Assembly: GCA_963827165.1 (NCBI GenBank)
Contig: CAWGZR010000012.1
Span: 103,089 to 167,088, forward strand
Origin: Candidatus Bathyarchaeota archaeon
GTDB lineage: Archaea > Thermoproteota > Bathyarchaeia > Bathyarchaeales > Bathycorpusculaceae
Length of the DNA: 64,000 nt
Direction: 5' to 3'
The translations under genes and the position numbers were made by a program. Numbering within the stretch: the stretch's first letter is position 1; every line of letters starts with the position of its first letter. Below, in pieces: positions 19,538-29,044 of this stretch. The notes under the pieces are model-generated. The model was given only the letters and a program-made list of their open reading frames with translations. It did not search any database and had not been told where the DNA came from.

Positions 19538-19660
19538 GCAAACAGAGTGCACTCCTAATTTATAAGCTCGCAGTTTTGCTTTTGGAAAGTTGAGGCATTC
19601 AGAGATTTTTTTTGTTTGTGTTTTGGGTTCTTTTTTTGGTTTGAGGCTTGGATTGGTTGC

Positions 19661-19760
19661 AACTGTATGCTATAATATGCCATAATATGCTATAAAGCGC
19701 TAAAATATGCTATTTTAAGCTAAAAAACGCTAGAATATGCTAGAAAAGGATAGAAAAGAC
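19661..19760. repeat. Degenerate 10-bp tandem array (TATAATATGC-like, about 9-10 units)
   Basis: tataatatgc cataatatgc tataaagcgc taaaatatgc tattttaagc taaaaaacgc tagaatatgc. Confidence 0.8.
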
Positions 19761-19880
19761 AATGTGAGTCAACAGAGGGGAAGAGGAAATTCGAGCTTTG
19801 GGATGTTTTGGGTTTTTTCGCGTTTTTTTTTCCGCTAGTGTTTTGAGTTGCTTTCATGCTGGGAAGCTTGAATCACTTGT

Positions 19881-19970
19881 AGGTTGCGTCCTAAAACGTC
19901 GCCAAACGTCAGGTACCGTCATAAAACGTCACTAAACGTCAACAAAAATTAACATGCGACCACAGACGTC
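19881..19970. repeat. Degenerate 10-bp tandem array (NNNAAACGTC)
   Basis: aggttgcgtc ctaaaacgtc gccaaacgtc aggtaccgtc ataaaacgtc actaaacgtc ... cacagacgtc; CGTC in 10-bp phase. Confidence 0.8.
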
Positions 19971-20040
19971 AATTAACAGCGTTATAGTGTTTAGAATTGG
20001 ACGATTCAAAAAAAAAGGTAGAAAGACCCAAAGAAGGGGG

Positions 20041-21603
20041 TCAGTCTTTTTTCCAGAACATTAGAGTTCCGGATTTGGCAGCCTTCTTAGGCTCGCTCTC
20101 GTCCTCATCTTTGCCTGGGAACGGGAACAAACCGGAAGACTTTGATTTTGAGTTAACCCGGAAATAGATTAACCCTATTGCTAGCCAAATTGCAGTGCCT
20201 GCTATAGCAAAGATTCCTTCTTGCGCCGAAGCCCCTCCGCCAGCAAAGCTTAGGTACACAATAGTGGCCATCATAACTGCGTTAGCCGCGAATCCTGCGA
20301 TTGGAATTACTCTGCGTTTCAATATAGACGCTCTCTCTTTAGTGAAGGCGATCAATGCAACAATGTTTGTTAGTGCATACAGCAGGAAGGTGCCAAAGTT
20401 AGACAGCAAAGTAATGGATGTTAAGTTCGTGATCGTCAGTACTCCGAAAGATCCTATGGCGGCTGCGACAGCGGTCATTACCCAGATTCCAATGGCTGGA
20501 GTCGAGTACTTTGGGTTTAGCTTGCTAAGGTGATAAGGCACTTCAGTATCTCGGCTTATAGCGTAAGTTACTCTAACACCGGTGTTCATGCATGCAAGCG
20601 TAGTTCCTAATATTGCGGCGGCAACAATGGCGGCTATTATTAACTCGAGTGTGAACCCGTTGCCTCCGAGGAATACGTTCCCAAGGTTTCGAACCATATC
20701 TCCGATGGGAGCGCTTGAAACTGCAGCAGCACCAAATCCTGAGAACACCTTGCCGTTTTGCGTTACTGTATAGCTACTGTTCATCCATGCCTCAGCTCCG
20801 AAATATTCGAACAGATACGCGAAGGCTCCTTGAATAACCAATGATAAGATGATTGCTTTTGGAACGACCTTGGGGTCTTTGGCTTCTCCGGTATAAGCAG
20901 TCGCGGATTCGAACCCGACTAGCACTAAGATAGCAATGGTCGCTTGAAATAGCACGAAGCTGATGTCATGAGGTGTAACTATTCCGCCAAGGCTAATGAA
21001 CGTGAAACTTACATGTTGAGGGTTCGTAAGACGGAACGCCAATGCCATTCCAGTGATGACCACCAGCATCCCGATTTGAACAATGTTCAGAAGAAGGTTC
21101 GTTCTTGTTGATCCTTGAATCCCGCGATAGGCTATTGCGCCTGTAACAACCGCAAATACGCAAGCAATGGCAATTTCCCCTAAGGGTGAGACGCCGAAAC
21201 CGAGTACAGATAGGATCCATGTGAGCAGGATGGACATTGCTGCGACCATGACCCCTGGATAGACCCAGTAATAGAGGTGAGAAATCCACCCGACACCGAA
21301 CTTTGCGTTTCTAGCCGAAGTGTTGCTGGCTCCGTTGTCTAGTAAGGCTCTTTGAGCGAAATAGTACGAACTGCCTGGACCGGCGTCGGGGTATCGTCGT
21401 GCTAGCCACGAATAAGAAGCGGCAGTTAGGAACGCCAAGATTAATGCTATTGTGAGGCCAAAAAATATGTCGTTGGCAGTTGAAGCGCCAGATGGCGAGG
21501 TCTGGGCTGCGTTTATCTGAAAAGTGAGCCATAAGAATGCTCCTGGAGCTATTAAGGCCATGGCGTTTATTGTGATGCCGCCTAGGCCTAGAGTTTTTTG
21601 CAA
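20041..21603 (-). CDS. APC family amino acid permease (paralog of 31623..33134)
   Basis: About 12 TM; INAMALIAPG, YPDAGPGSSY, LVGFESA..GEAK.P, RVTYAISRD. Frame open to an ATA at 21648. Confidence 0.92.
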   Translation of the reverse strand: MQKTLGLGGITINAMALIAPGAFLWLTFQINAAQTSPSGASTANDIFFGLTIALILAFLTAASYSWLARRYPDAGPGSSYYFAQRALLDNGASNTSARNAKFGVGWISHLYYWVYPGVMVAAMSILLTWILSVLGFGVSPLGEIAIACVFAVVTGAIAYRGIQGSTRTNLLLNIVQIGMLVVITGMALAFRLTNPQHVSFTFISLGGIVTPHDISFVLFQATIAILVLVGFESATAYTGEAKDPKVVPKAIILSLVIQGAFAYLFEYFGAEAWMNSSYTVTQNGKVFSGFGAAAVSSAPIGDMVRNLGNVFLGGNGFTLELIIAAIVAAAILGTTLACMNTGVRVTYAISRDTEVPYHLSKLNPKYSTPAIGIWVMTAVAAAIGSFGVLTITNLTSITLLSNFGTFLLYALTNIVALIAFTKERASILKRRVIPIAGFAANAVMMATIVYLSFAGGGASAQEGIFAIAGTAIWLAIGLIYFRVNSKSKSSGLFPFPGKDEDESEPKKAAKSGTLMFWKKD

Positions 21604-21637
21604 TGCCGGTGACTTTTGCGTCTGTTCACCTGTGGAG

Positions 21638-21772
21638 TCAGTAGGTATCTAATTTCCCCCCTTTAAGTGGCAAGCTGAAAATAGCGGAAAATAGTTTTTC
21701 GATTTTGACAACTAATGTTTTGTGCTTTCTGCTTGTCTCTTTTACATTTGGAGATTCCATTTCCTTTTTCAT
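21638..21772 (-). CDS. 44-aa leader microprotein upstream of the APC permease
   Basis: ATG after GGTG: MKKEMESPNVKETSRKHKTLVVKIEKLFSAIFSLPLKGGKLDTY; sits between the operator promoter and the permease. Confidence 0.5.
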   Translation of the reverse strand: MKKEMESPNVKETSRKHKTLVVKIEKLFSAIFSLPLKGGKLDTY

Positions 21773-21814
21773 CTAGAAACACCGAACTTTTAGTAGATAT
21801 GGCAAATCTAGTGA

Positions 21815-21853
21815 ATATAAACTTGGTTAAGATTTGTTCATAATAATTATGAA
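21815..21853 (-). promoter_or_regulatory. Island operator + TATA (copy 2, drives leader and APC permease)
   Basis: Minus strand TTCATAA-TTA-TTATGAA-CAAATCTTAACCAAG-TTTATAT. Confidence 0.85.
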
Positions 21854-22111
21854 TAACTGTAAGTATTTTCATTATATTAATAAATTAATGCATAAAAAGT
21901 CATTGAAAGATGTTTCTGTTGAACAAAATAAAGAAATTTCTTGCGGGCAAGGCAAGAGGGCAAAACATTACGGGCTTCCTTTGAGAAAAACCTTCAAACG
22001 ACCTCAAATTCTGAAATCCATTGCCTCGCCTCCGATTACACAAACATTTCGAACAGCAATCAAGATTCTCTTTTTTATGCTCCTTCGCAGTCATGTTTTA
22101 ATATTTTCAAT

Positions 22112-22130
22112 AAAAAAAGCGCCATTGGCG
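22112..22130 (-). terminator. Possible terminator after the microprotein gene 22159..22254
   Basis: Minus strand CGCC-AAT-GGCG-C-TTTTTTT. Confidence 0.45.
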
Positions 22131-22158
22131 ATATTTATGGGGTGCGAATTTTACGGCA

Positions 22159-22254
22159 TCACTTGATTTTTAGCTGTAACCGAATTTGGTAGCCAATCGT
22201 CGCTATTGACCCCATTATGACACATGTCCAGACTACATCCACTAATCCAAACAT
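22159..22254 (-). CDS. 31-aa single-TM microprotein, MFG family copy A
   Basis: MFGLVDVVWTCVIMGSIATIGYQIRLQLKIK; RBS GGTGG; homologous to copies at 22670, 28770 and 44034. Confidence 0.8.
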   Translation of the reverse strand: MFGLVDVVWTCVIMGSIATIGYQIRLQLKIK

Positions 22255-22306
22255 TTTTCCACCAGATTCCAATTTTATTGAACGATTTCTAAGGAGAAAG
22301 CATCCT

Positions 22307-22345
22307 ATATAAACGTAATTGTGAACCGTTCATAACTTTTATGAA
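22307..22345 (-). promoter_or_regulatory. Island operator + TATA (copy 3)
   Basis: Minus strand TTCATAA-AAG-TTATGAA-CGGTTCACAATTACG-TTTATAT. Confidence 0.85.
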
Positions 22346-22588
22346 AAATAAAAAAGCTGTGCAATTGGAGAGAATGAAATTAGACGTTTGGCTGTGTAAT
22401 TTCTATTTGCTTGGACACTTGGTCCGGTCCAATTCGTTCTCGGTTCGGGCACTTCAATTTTCATCCTCAAAACCCGAAGTGGCCACCTCTCATAAAATAA
22501 ATGTGCTTTTTAGTTGTATCAAACAAGCTCACGCCAATTATTTATTTCACACGAATTTTCTTTTGTCATTTTGACGCTTGTCGATGTT

Positions 22589-22627
22589 TTATGAAATGTT
22601 ATGAACAAATCACAACTTTATTTATAT
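22589..22627 (+). promoter_or_regulatory. Island operator (direct-repeat form) + TATA (copy 4)
   Basis: TTATGAA-ATG-TTATGAA-CAAATCACAACTTTA-TTTATAT. Confidence 0.85.
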
Positions 22628-22669
22628 TTAGCTGAGCAGATAACTAACTTACGTAAAAACGGTGAAAAT

Positions 22670-22768
22670 ATGTTTGGACTATTAGATTTAGCTTCAATCG
22701 GTTTAATCTTTGCTTCATTCGCTATTATAATGTACAACATCAGATTAGAGCTCAAAATCAAAGCATAA
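22670..22768 (+). CDS. 32-aa single-TM microprotein, MFG family copy B
   Basis: MFGLLDLASIGLIFASFAIIMYNIRLELKIKA; RBS GGTGA. Confidence 0.85.
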   Translation: MFGLLDLASIGLIFASFAIIMYNIRLELKIKA

Positions 22769-22805
22769 TACACGAAATATGTTTTGTGCACTTTAAATCA
22801 CAAAG

Positions 22806-23003
22806 ATGAGAAATATGGAATTCAAAAACATACACGAAGCATTGAAATATATTAATCACCGAGCGAAAGCCTATCCGAGTGAAATAGACTACTATTCATC
22901 GGAAGAATACAGAAAAGTTTATCCTGAACTTTGTCGCGTAAATCGCTTATTGCAAGCTGCTTATAATGTTCGTCATGAAAGTGGCAGCGTGCCCTTGCGC
23001 TAA
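22806..23003 (+). CDS. Small hypothetical protein
   Basis: 65-aa ORF directly after the microprotein, protein-like composition; no recognised family. Confidence 0.45.
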   Translation: MRNMEFKNIHEALKYINHRAKAYPSEIDYYSSEEYRKVYPELCRVNRLLQAAYNVRHESGSVPLR

Positions 23004-23293
23004 GATTCTAAAGCACATGTTTCTAGCCGACGGCTTTAAAGAGAAAGGAGAAATAGTAACATTAAATGCCATACTCTCACTACACTAATCTGGAAGAACC
23101 GATAAGCTGGAAAATGAAACGCATTTTCTCGAAAAGTTTTCTGAAGGACATAATATCAAGAAAAGGCAGCGCCAAGGAATGCGATAAAGCCGTCGCCTCA
23201 TTCGTCTTGATGTGCAAAGTCAACCGACCAAAAAATTACTTAAGGATTTAAGAGGATCGCGCATTAGACAATAGTTCGGTTGGCGGAGTATAT

Positions 23294-26074
23294 TTGGAAA
23301 AAGCTGCTTCTTTACAAATTTACGAGGTCTTCGACGATCTAGGGACGTCACCAAATGGTTTGTCAAGCGAAGAGGCAAAAATTCGCCTGACTAAAAACGG
23401 CTACAACCAACTTTCCGAAAAAAAACAATTACCCTTTATTCATAAATTTATTAGAAATCTTCGGGACTTATTCGGCATTTTATTGCTCGTTGCAAGCATA
23501 TTATCTTACATAAGCGGCAGCCCGGAACTCGCATTAATCATACTGGCTGTTGTTTTCGTAAACATTTTTGTAAGTTTGTTCCAAGAGTCCCGTGCAGAAA
23601 AAGCGATGGCAACTCTGAGAAGCTGGATGCCTGAGTTTGCCAAAGTAATTCGAGACGGAGAGCTTAAGAAAATCTCAGTCAGAGAAATCGTTCCCGGAGA
23701 CATTATATCTCTTGATGAAGGCGACCGTGTGCCGGCAGACGCACGCTTAATCGAGGCTTTTGACTTGTGGACCAATAATGTCCCCTTGACCGGCGAATCG
23801 GAGCCGCAGCCGCGTGTTGCTGAATCGGTGCAAGTTGTAGAGAAAGCCTACTTGTACGCGCCTAACCTCGTGTTCATGAGCACAAGTGTCGCCAAAGGTC
23901 AAGGGAAAGCAATTGTTTACTCAACAGGAATGAATACCCAGTTTGGAAAAATCGCTAATTTAACTCAGACAATCCATGAAGAGGAAAGCCCGCTTCAGAA
24001 AGAAATCGCTTTAACAGCAAAGTATGACTTCATAATTGCTATTGGCGTTGGCGCATCATTTTTTGTCGCTAGTTTTCTGTTTCTACACGCAACTTTGGCG
24101 ACAAGCATTTTCTTTATGATTGGTGTAATGGTTGCTTGTGTTCCTGAAGGGTTACAAGTCACTGTGTCGAGCGCCTTAGCTATCAACGTTCTAAAGATGG
24201 TCAAGCAGAACGTTTTAGTAAAACGGTTATCAGCCGTCCAAACCTTAGGCAGCGTTACCGTAATCTGCACAGACAAAACAGGCACGATAACAAAAGGCGA
24301 AATGACTGTAAACAAACTATGGGTTTACAACTACGTTGTGGATGTTTCCGGTTTAGGTTATACGCCTGAAGGAGACTTCACAACAAACGGTCAGCCATTG
24401 CAAGAAGGGCAAACGGATTCACTAGAGAGGCTCATGGAGATTGCCGCGCTCTGCAACGGTGCAAAGTTGGATCCACCTTCGGATAGAAACAAAAATTGGG
24501 GTGTGATAGGTGATCCTACCGACGGGGCTTTGCTCGTTGCGGCACTTAAGTCGAATGTGAACGTCCAGGATGCTCTGGACAAGAAACCCATTGTGCATCT
24601 TTTGCCGTTCAGTTTTGAGCGAAAACGAATGAGTACCGTGCATAAATTGAACGGTGATTTCTATATTTATACGAAAGGTGCTCCCCGAAACATCTTAGAT
24701 ATATGCAACAGAGTGCTTGTGGGCGGCGAAATTAAAGAATTAGACGAAGAAAACATGATGCTTGTTGAATCAAGGATTCGCGAGTTTGCGAATCAAGGCT
24801 TGCGAGTCATAGCTGTAGCGTATAAGGTGATACCCAAAAACCAATACAGCAAAGACGAAGCAGAGGAAGACCTAATTTTTGTCGGCTTAACTGCGATGCG
24901 CGATCCTCCCAGAGTGGAAGTTAAAGAAGCCGTTTTAGAGGCAAAGCAAGCAGGAGTGAAAACCGTAATAATCACAGGTGACTATGGACCAACCGCTCAA
25001 GCTATTGCCCAAGAAGTTGCAATTGCCTCGAGGGACTGTTGCCAGACTATTCGGGGCGTAGACTTGGAAGATTTAAGCGACCAATCAATCATAGATGAAG
25101 TTCGCAAAGGCAACGTGATTTTTGCTCGTGTTTCGCCTGAACAGAAACTTCGCATAGTTACAGTGCTCAAAAAGAGCGGAGAAATCGTCGCAGTAACTGG
25201 TGACGGAGCAAATGATGCGCCTTCGCTTAAGGAAGCTGACATCGGAGTTGCTATGGGTGCTTCAGGCACAGATGTTGCTCGTGAAGCCGCCGATATAGTT
25301 TTGCTCAATGATAGTTTTGCTTCCATCGTCAAAGCAATTGAATCAGGACGAGCTATTTATGAAAATATTCGCAAGTTTATTGTTTATGTATTTTCGCATA
25401 ACTGGGCTGAACTGATTCCTTTCATACTTTACGCAGTGTTAGGTATTCCTTTGCCATTGCTTGTGTCGCAAGTGTTAGCTATTGACCTTGCAATTGACGT
25501 TATTCCTTCTTTGGCTTTAAGTCGTGAACCTCCTGAAGAAGGGATTATGCTGGAGCCACCCCGAAGCATTAAGGAGAGACTGTTCACCCGTAAGGTGCTA
25601 CTCCGTTCAGTGTTCATTGGGGTTATCATTGCCACAGGCGCTATGATTGGGTGTCTTAATGCTTGGACTGCGGGTGGCTGGCACTTTGGAATGGCCTTAA
25701 CAAGTACAAGTTCATTTTATACTAGCGGAGTTTACGCAAAAGGTGTAACTATGACTTTTGCTGGCATAGTGGTAGCTCAAGCGGGCAACGTTTTGGCATG
25801 TCGGACCAGCAAGCAATCAATTTTTAAAACAAGCTTGAAAACAAACAAGTGGATAATCTTTGGCATCGCCGCGCAAATTGGAATTCTCGCACTACTTATC
25901 TATGTTCCGTTTATGCAGCACATCTTTTCAACAACAGCCTTATCCCTAAGCAATTGGGCATTTTTAGTGTTACTGGCTGTAATCGTTGTTTTTGCAGAGG
26001 AAGTCAGAAAGTTCTTCAGTCGCAAATTCAGTAGAACCAGTGTTGAAATGCTTAAACTGCACGACCACACTTAA
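23294..26074 (+). CDS. P-type cation-transporting ATPase (type II)
   Basis: LTGES, VPEGL, phosphorylation motif CTDKTGT, KGAP, DPPR, TGDGANDAPSL; about 10 TM. Confidence 0.95.
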   Translation: MEKAASLQIYEVFDDLGTSPNGLSSEEAKIRLTKNGYNQLSEKKQLPFIHKFIRNLRDLFGILLLVASILSYISGSPELALIILAVVFVNIFVSLFQESRAEKAMATLRSWMPEFAKVIRDGELKKISVREIVPGDIISLDEGDRVPADARLIEAFDLWTNNVPLTGESEPQPRVAESVQVVEKAYLYAPNLVFMSTSVAKGQGKAIVYSTGMNTQFGKIANLTQTIHEEESPLQKEIALTAKYDFIIAIGVGASFFVASFLFLHATLATSIFFMIGVMVACVPEGLQVTVSSALAINVLKMVKQNVLVKRLSAVQTLGSVTVICTDKTGTITKGEMTVNKLWVYNYVVDVSGLGYTPEGDFTTNGQPLQEGQTDSLERLMEIAALCNGAKLDPPSDRNKNWGVIGDPTDGALLVAALKSNVNVQDALDKKPIVHLLPFSFERKRMSTVHKLNGDFYIYTKGAPRNILDICNRVLVGGEIKELDEENMMLVESRIREFANQGLRVIAVAYKVIPKNQYSKDEAEEDLIFVGLTAMRDPPRVEVKEAVLEAKQAGVKTVIITGDYGPTAQAIAQEVAIASRDCCQTIRGVDLEDLSDQSIIDEVRKGNVIFARVSPEQKLRIVTVLKKSGEIVAVTGDGANDAPSLKEADIGVAMGASGTDVAREAADIVLLNDSFASIVKAIESGRAIYENIRKFIVYVFSHNWAELIPFILYAVLGIPLPLLVSQVLAIDLAIDVIPSLALSREPPEEGIMLEPPRSIKERLFTRKVLLRSVFIGVIIATGAMIGCLNAWTAGGWHFGMALTSTSSFYTSGVYAKGVTMTFAGIVVAQAGNVLACRTSKQSIFKTSLKTNKWIIFGIAAQIGILALLIYVPFMQHIFSTTALSLSNWAFLVLLAVIVVFAEEVRKFFSRKFSRTSVEMLKLHDHT

Positions 26075-26229
26075 ACAAATGAACATAGCCCATGCAGTTT
26101 AAGCCAATTAGCGGTTGATTGGAGCTGAAGCAGCAACTCCTGTGTGAGACTCTGATGTGTTCGATCGCGCGGTCAAACTGAAAACAGATGTCCATGTTTT
26201 TGGCGTATTTTGTCATAAGTTTTTCATTT

Positions 26230-26268
26230 TTCATAAGTATTATGAACAAATCTCAATTACGTTTAAAA
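26230..26268 (+). promoter_or_regulatory. Island operator + TATA (copy 5)
   Basis: TTCATAA-GTA-TTATGAA-CAAATCTCAATTACG-TTTAAAA. Confidence 0.85.
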
Positions 26269-26306
26269 TTAAGTCATGGGCTGGCCATAGATTAAATGGT
26301 GAAAAA

Positions 26307-26432
26307 ATGTTTGAAGCAATCAAAATGACGTTTATCTCAGGTAATTTTGCTTTCAGATTTTCTCTACTTGAAATAAGACTCAACTCAAAAACAAAATATA
26401 CTAAAATAAATGGTGGCACAAAATGGACTTAA
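26307..26432 (+). CDS. 41-aa diverged MFG-family microprotein overlapping the synthase start
   Basis: GGTGAAAAA-ATG: MFEAIKMTFISGNFAFRFSLLEIRLNSKTKYTKINGGTKWT; shares MF...FA.F....IRL..K.K. Confidence 0.5.
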   Translation: MFEAIKMTFISGNFAFRFSLLEIRLNSKTKYTKINGGTKWT

Positions 26433-27655
26433 ACGACTTCTATTTTAAACTGCCACTGCAAACCGAGCCAATAATAGATGATACGACATTACGCGATGGC
26501 ATTCAAATGCCTGGCCTAGCAGTTGGGCCCAAAGAGTCCGCAAAAATAGCTCAACTCTTAGAAGAAATTGGTGTCGAAAGAATCGAATTATTCCACTATC
26601 AAGAACCCGACAAGAAAGCTGTTAAACTCATTTTGGATCTGAATCTTGACCTGCGTGTCGCGGGCTGGTGTCGAGCTTTAATGGAAGATATTGATAGCGC
26701 TGTAGCATGCGGGTTTAAGGAAATCGGAATTTCTCACCCTGTGTCTGATTTGCATTTTAAGGCGAAGTGGCCAAAGAAAAATAGAGCGCAAATCTTAGCT
26801 GACATGGTTGACGTTGTCGAGTATGCGGCTAAAACATGTGGCTTGCGAACGTTTGTTCACGGCGAAGACAGCACGAGGGCTGATTGGAACTTCGAGAAAG
26901 AATTTATAAATTCCGTAGCTGGCGCCGGAGCCGAATGTTACCGAATCTGTGATACTGTCGGTATTGGATTATCTGACCCAACTGCGTCCCTACCCAACGG
27001 AATACCTGCTAAAGTAGTGGCTATCAAGAAAGAAACAAAAATGGGTGCAATTGAAATCCATGCACATGACGATTTTGGAAATGCCGTTGAAAACACCATG
27101 GCGGCAATTAAGGCAGCTTCAGGAGTATGGGACAAAGTTTACGCCAGCACAACCTACCTTGGCATCGGCGAACGTGCAGGCAACGCAGAAACAGAAAAAG
27201 TCCTATTGAACTTATACTTGCATCACGGTGTCAAAAAATACGAGGGCAAAACACAGACATTAAAGCGAACCGCCGCGCATATCGGTAAAGCAACTGGCTA
27301 CGTTGTTCCGCCTAACAAGGCAATTGTCGGCGACTACGGTTTTGCGCATGAATCAGGAATTCATACGCATGGCGTTTTAAGTGATCCTTGGACTTACGAG
27401 CCATACCCTCCCGAATTAGTCGGAAACGAACGACTCTTAACAATTGGCAAGCAGTCGGGCAAAGGCATAATCAAACATAAAATAAACGAGTTAGCAGGTC
27501 ATGAACCAGACGACCAAACAGTAACTGTAGTGGTCGACAAAATAAAGGAGATTTATGCAAATGGCAGACGCGCATCGCTTAAAGAGGAAGAATTCAGAAC
27601 AATCCTTCGTATACTAAAAATTCAACCAGAAAATAACCACTTCGCATTTCTTTAA
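26423..27655 (+). CDS. LeuA/homocitrate synthase family (DRE-TIM) acetyl-CoA condensing enzyme
   Basis: DTTLRDG, CDTVG, HAHDDFG.A, GIGERAGNA, KAIVG..FAHESGIH; no C-terminal LeuA regulatory domain. Confidence 0.88.
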   Translation: MDLNDFYFKLPLQTEPIIDDTTLRDGIQMPGLAVGPKESAKIAQLLEEIGVERIELFHYQEPDKKAVKLILDLNLDLRVAGWCRALMEDIDSAVACGFKEIGISHPVSDLHFKAKWPKKNRAQILADMVDVVEYAAKTCGLRTFVHGEDSTRADWNFEKEFINSVAGAGAECYRICDTVGIGLSDPTASLPNGIPAKVVAIKKETKMGAIEIHAHDDFGNAVENTMAAIKAASGVWDKVYASTTYLGIGERAGNAETEKVLLNLYLHHGVKKYEGKTQTLKRTAAHIGKATGYVVPPNKAIVGDYGFAHESGIHTHGVLSDPWTYEPYPPELVGNERLLTIGKQSGKGIIKHKINELAGHEPDDQTVTVVVDKIKEIYANGRRASLKEEEFRTILRILKIQPENNHFAFL

Positions 27656-27724
27656 TTTTTTCTTGAATAAATGATAAAAAAAATTAGCCTCGATCAATAA
27701 TGCTCTAACCAGAAATAATTTAAA

Positions 27725-27773
27725 TTCATAATTATTCTTAACACGTGAGAACTTATCTCAAATCGCTTTATAT
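27725..27773 (+). promoter_or_regulatory. Island operator, three-heptamer form + TATA (copy 6)
   Basis: TTCATAA-TTA-TTCTTAA-CAC-GTGAGAA-CTTATCTCAAATCGC-TTTATAT. Confidence 0.65.
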
Positions 27774-27818
27774 TTTATTCGTGCTCTCCATTTTCAAGCA
27801 AATAAAAGAGCCTAAGGT

Positions 27819-28163
27819 GTGGGATTTCCAAATCAAACATACCCTTTAGCAATTAAAGCATTTGCGGCGAACAATAACAAAAAACAGGTTGAAAATGCAG
27901 TCACTAACGAAATGATGGCAAAAGCCCAAATTAAGTTCCCTCTACAAACGCCTTCATCAAAAGAGGAGTTTTATTATAGGCAGATATTTGACGGCTATTT
28001 CACATGTCCAAATGCCGCATTAACTGTTCCTGCAGGTCCAACAATTGCCCGCTCTACCCCAACAGCCTTTAGATGGAGCAAAGAATTTGCCAAAATGGCT
28101 GATCCATCAGGCAGATCTATCAAAGTTCACAAACGACCCTTAAATGGACGCAATGTGCAATAA
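27819..28163 (+). pseudogene. Duplicated C-terminal fragment of asnB
   Basis: ENAVTNEMM..KFPLQTPSSKEEFYYRQIFD..FRWSKEFAKMADPSGRS nearly matches the last ~90 aa of 36338..38014; catalytic domains are absent. Confidence 0.85.
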
Positions 28164-28368
28164 TCCAAATTCTCATTCCCACAATTCACAACTGAAATAA
28201 CTTTTCTTTCTTCGTATCAATTTTAATTAGACACTGTGAAAACTCTTCGCAACAGTATTTATTTCTGTTTTTTCTGGGTCATCCATTAATTTTAGTTTCT
28301 TTTTTCAGGTGTTTGTAAAAAAAAATAAAGTTTGAAAAGTTTTGTTCTCTAGGCGTTTGCTCTTAAAA

Positions 28369-28602
28369 CTACATCGGTGATAGTACGATGGATGTTTCTG
28401 TCCGGGTTACGTTTGGATCTTTTTCGATTATTTTGTAAACTACTTTGTTTATATCTTCGAGGCATGGCGCTTCTAATATTACGATGGCATCGTACCTGCC
28501 GAAGATAGCGTCGGCAACTAAGGTTTCTTTGACTTCTCTTAATCTTTTGACTACTTCTAATGATGTGCCTAGTTTTGTGCTTAAGAGTATATAGGCTTTC
28601 AT
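28369..28602 (-). CDS. Stand-alone Lrp/AsnC ligand-binding (RAM) domain protein
   Basis: MKAYILL...IFGRYDAIV...TETSIVL; no HTH; closely similar to 43627..43863. Confidence 0.85.
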   Translation of the reverse strand: MKAYILLSTKLGTSLEVVKRLREVKETLVADAIFGRYDAIVILEAPCLEDINKVVYKIIEKDPNVTRTETSIVLSPM

Positions 28603-28687
28603 TTTTGTTCCTCTGTGTTTTTCTTCTTGATTTATGGAGAATATACTTCTTTGACATATAAGTCTTGTTTAGACATCTGTTTAACTT

Positions 28688-28726
28688 TTATGAAAAGTTA
28701 TGAACAAATCACAACTTCATTTATAT
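28688..28726 (+). promoter_or_regulatory. Island operator (direct-repeat form) + TATA (copy 7)
   Basis: TTATGAA-AAG-TTATGAA-CAAATCACAACTTCA-TTTATAT. Confidence 0.85.
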
Positions 28727-28769
28727 TTGGCTGGGCGACTATCTAAGCAAGAACTAAAACGGTGAAAAT

Positions 28770-28868
28770 ATGTTTGGGATAATTGATTTGGCTTCAATAG
28801 CTTTAATCTTCGGTTCATTTGCCTTTGTAATGTACAATATCCGGGTAGAACTCAAAATCAAAGCATAA
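28770..28868 (+). CDS. 32-aa single-TM microprotein, MFG family copy C
   Basis: MFGIIDLASIALIFGSFAFVMYNIRVELKIKA; RBS GGTGA. Confidence 0.85.
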   Translation: MFGIIDLASIALIFGSFAFVMYNIRVELKIKA

Positions 28869-29044
28869 CACCAAAAATTAACTAGAGCAATAGAGCCTTA
28901 TCTTTGAATCTGAACACGCAAAATACCCAGAGTGCCTTTTTCCGGCTCATTAGACTGATGGCCAAGTTTCTCTAATTTTTGGGATGAGGTATCTAATTAG
29001 ATTCTTTTCTTCTATCTATCAATTAGTAAATATATGTCTAACTT

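Noticed and set aside
21900-22094. 64-aa Cys-containing ORF on the minus strand
   Set aside because: No RBS, lies after a probable terminator, and similarity to the 29394 peptide is marginal.
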